64,000 bases of DNA, from positions 1 through 64,000 of the forward strand of contig JBBRLX010000011.1 in assembly GCA_038231135.1 (NCBI GenBank), read 5' to 3'. The notes under the pieces are model-generated. The model saw only the letters and a list, made by a program, of their open reading frames with translations. It was not told the origin of the DNA and ran no database searches. Made by a program: the position numbers and the translations under genes. Shown here piece by piece: positions 63,801-64,000 of this stretch. This DNA comes from Candidatus Eiseniibacteriota bacterium (GTDB lineage Bacteria; Eisenbacteria; RBG-16-71-46). The stretch's first letter is position 1. Each line of letters begins with the position of its first letter.

Positions 63801-64000
63801 ACGTCGCCGGGCGTCGTCACCACCGCCGAGTTCGATACCGACGGGAACGCCGCGGGAGCGATGTTCACGGTCAGCGTGAAGCTCGCGCTATCCCCGGCCG
63901 CGATCGGGCCTGCCGACGTCGCGGTCACGATCGCGCCCGCGGCGCCGAATCCGAAGCCCGCGCCCGCGCCGCTCACGAAGCTCAGTCCCGCGGGCAGCGT
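54869..64000 (-). CDS. Giant surface protein (5' end outside window): DUF11/isopeptide-type Ig repeats, SdrD-B-like domain and C-terminal outer-membrane beta-barrel
   Basis: Frame open to the window edge, >3000 aa; repeats PD(L/V)xLDKRH..DTLP..N(S/T)A; EPGIPGVRVYLEDG..TDVEGKYSF; ~800 aa of amphipathic beta strands ending YLNLGFKVDETLF. Confidence 0.88.
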   Translation of the reverse strand, partial: TLPAGLSFVSGAGAGFGFGAAGAIVTATSAGPIAAGDSASFTLTVNIAPAAFPSVSNSAVVTTPGDVNAADNRDVDPTAITGVPDLTLDKRHTANFVHGQTGTWTLVVRNLGTGATAATTTVVDTLPSGISYVSAAGAGWSFVPNGQVVTATFAGAIAAGDSSKFTISASVGAAAVPGVVNSAMVSTPGDLDSGNDRDTDPTTVLGVPDVVLDKRHTANFIHGQTGTWTLVVRNLGTAATAATTTVVDTLPLGITYVSAAGAGWSFVPNGQVVTATFAGAIAAGDSSRFTITALAGAAAVPGVTNTAHATTPGELDATNGSDSDVTPVAGTPDVTLDKRHTANFIHGQTGTWTLAVRNIGSGPTAGATTVVDTLPLGITYGSAAGAGWSFVLNGQVVTATFAVPIAAGDSSTFTILAAAGAAAVPGVINSAAASTPGDLDSGNDRDTDPTTVLGVPDVYLDKRHTANFVHGQNGTWTFVVTNRGTAATAGATTVVDSLPPGISYVSAAGAGWSFVQNGTVVTATFAGPIAVQDSSSFTLTALAGAAAVPSVINLAHATTPGELDPRDGYDSDFTPVAGTPDVALAKRHTASFVHGQPGTWTLVVTNTGTAATSGATTVVDSLPAGITYVSAAGAGWSFVPNGQVVTATFAGPIAAQDSASFTLTALAGAAAVPGVVNTAVVSTPGDLGSGNNGATDSTTVGSVPDLTLDKRHTALFVHGQNGTWTIVVHNAGTGATTGPATVTDVLPAGVTFVSGAGAGWAVGAAGQTVTAGFAAPIAAGDSASFTITVAVGAAAVPGVTNSASVATPGDLDPANNGDSDVTPVAGVSDLMLEKRHTTTFEVGLPGTYTLVIHNIGTSVTAATVTVVDTLPAGLAFASGAGAGWSFSASGQIVTATLAGTIAAGDSSNFTITVNVAFPAFPGVTNSAVVQIPGDLDGSNDRGVDPTPVRNVPDLTLDKRHTTVFQQGQNATYALIVQNVTHGPSVGAVTVTDTLPAGLTFVAASGTGWSFAVAGNVVTGTYAAAIPAYDSTSFTITVAVGAAAVPLVTNAATLTGGSDTDPADNRDQDLAPVTGLPDLVLDKRHTAPFVVGQTGTWTLAIVNAGTGATTGPVAVVDTLPAGVTFVSAAGAGWGFGTAGSVLTATHAGLIAAGDSAKFTVTASVAAAAFPGVVNTAHASTAGDTDPASDTDTDSTAVTGVADLTIDKRHSADFADRQPGKWTLVVTNLGTGASAGTITVVDSLPLGITFVSGLGAGWNFSASGQVVTATNPGPIAAGDSSKFTLHVTADAAAVPGVVNTARLVGANDLDPSNDQDSDSTAVNGVIDLALDKRHTGPFTDSGTGTWTLVATNVGSLASINVITVTDTLPPGTSYLSGAGANWSFGINGNVVTATYPLPIAPGDSARFDLTVNLSAAAVPAVLNSATVQATNDVEPSNNRDSDVALVGGVPELALDKRHAAPFTIGQPGSYTFAVANLGTAATFAATTVTDTLPVGLTFASGNGAGWTFAVAAGVVTATHAAPIAAADSATFTMVTAVAPAAVPLAINAATVRTAGDPNPADDRDVDPTVVLGLPDLVLDKRHTTAFADGQNGTWTFVVTNAGFAATSGAITVVDSLPTGITYVGGAGAGFSFATNGQVVTATNPGPLAVGDSVTFTLTAHAGPASVPGVINTASVATPNEWNAANNGDADPTAIGGIPDLALRKSHALAFTIGSNGTYSLVVRNHGTAATFGTITVLDTLPAGLTYVGALGAGWNFSVLGAVVTATHPGPLGNAPTDSLAFTLTVAVGAAALPAVTNSAVAITAGESNPLDDVSHDPTLVNGLPDLALDKRHEGGFSVGSTGTYRFVLRNLGTAATTGATTVRDSLPAGLTFVSGDVTGGWSFANIGNVVTATFGGTIAAGDSSQFTIVVAIGPLAVPTVTNSAVAATPGDPDGGNDRDSDLVGVAGLGVLTVSKTAQPARVEIGGVVDYAVTVRNVGAGPLTGTTVSDRLPQGLHYQGGTARVNGLPVADPVGAPGPTLAFALGTLTAGSTDVVTYRVLVGAGAELGTGVNLAQASGSGGAGIVATSNTAAARIEVQGGVFDDEGIIAGKIYTECDCDSNRVQGPEEPGIPGVRVYLEDGSFAITDVEGKYSFNHVRPRLHVVRIDASTLPLGSRMIASSVRHAHDGLSQFADVVKGELHRADFVEASHSDAVHNAVLARRARGELRDPADPGLGHGGAATADRPRGRSLLVLGVIDAGIALHSTSGTSVYGGRDGFGDPITALSYESTDGRQTGTARGALFATGSLGGDAQFTLRYDSEQRPGRRLFRDLDPDRGYDALGDASVHGWEAQSTTPLYLRIDRGASFGMYGDFTTPSSPGRLLGAFTRSLNGGIAQAVAGPLAVQGFAAEGRQHQVVDEFPGQGVSGPYVLTRNDGTLGSETVELLTRDRNQPARILHSEPQLRYVDYTLEPFTGRLLFRRPVPSLDADLNPVSIRATYEVETGTDKFWVYGAEARVRATRRLSVGASASRDEDPLAPRALASADASFELATGLQLTGEFARSDSGGTGIGGGDRSGEAARAELVLDRSWLHARAHGLRVSTGFENPSSGAYPGRQELGLTARAGSDRSTSVFLTALRSEDLVTSARRDGFEAGLRQGIADRITAEVAYRWAKEDSLGATPATQGLGPLKTSSVRGRLEAALLARRRVTVFGEFEQDLDQTLQRRYAFGGDARVIPHIRLYARHENIASFAGPFALNTDQQLASTVIGVTDDDAGDRHVFSEYRMRDAFAGREAQAAIGLRDRWTVARGIRVDAAFERVTILRGGLGAATSVAGGVEYARDPSTHATGRLEFRRESTLERWLASAGFTRKLNRDWSALGRTLWMLVPDQQSIDARSQIGVAWRQTDRNAWNGLARYENKLQKLGAPEYSRRVANIVSMNANTHQFGIWTVSGQVAAKWAHDDGNGLGSSTAAQLGAGRLMVDLGRSFDLGLNARGLASGSRTMGLGAEAGWIMMKNLRLAAGWNAFGFHDNDLSGTEHTDRGPYLNLGFKVDETLFDRTPPQGAR
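57800..64000 (-). repeat. Intragenic tandem repeats, 372-bp (124-aa) period
   Basis: The conserved Lys codon recurs at 63731, 63359, 62987 ... 58895 exactly every 372 bp, then at 58517 and 58142; 15 full units, one divergent unit and one partial unit at the edge. Confidence 0.92.

Overview
Very GC-rich, gene-dense bacterial chromosomal segment. I found no rRNA, tRNA, CRISPR array, transposase or integrase. Several secreted proteins end in an FlgD-Ig/T9SS-like tail and one ends in a 'TTWGxLK' tail, which suggests an FCB-group candidate phylum such as Ca. Eisenbacteria (inference). From left to right: an unexplained ~110-nt rod-like hairpin; a BNR lipoprotein, S8 protease, LamG lipoprotein and GT-C/TPR glycosyltransferase; a trehalose/osmostress locus (otsA, MscS-like TM protein, DUF5752 and treT-like GT, with divergent otsB); small membrane and Cys-rich ORFs; a 3-gene Mycobacterium-Sdh1-type succinate dehydrogenase; a C-N hydrolase; a purple acid phosphatase-PKD protein; cysteine dioxygenase plus YeiH; cax; a His-phosphatase; class II RNR nrdJ; a CPA2 antiporter with an AIR-synthase-like gene; an output-less CHASE-like sensor with an NHL protein; a polyphosphate locus (ppx-PLD converging on sixA, two thymidylate-kinase-like genes and CHAD, a candidate heteromeric PPK3-type kinase); an ARG-box-led argRCBDG-argH(A)-argF operon; a BNR secreted protein and degenerate CPBP protease; and an OmpA gene coupled to a >3000-aa DUF11/isopeptide-repeat protein with a C-terminal beta-barrel, which runs off the right edge. 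Starts were re-picked from RBSs and stop/start overlaps. All functions come from motif recognition by eye, with no database searches.
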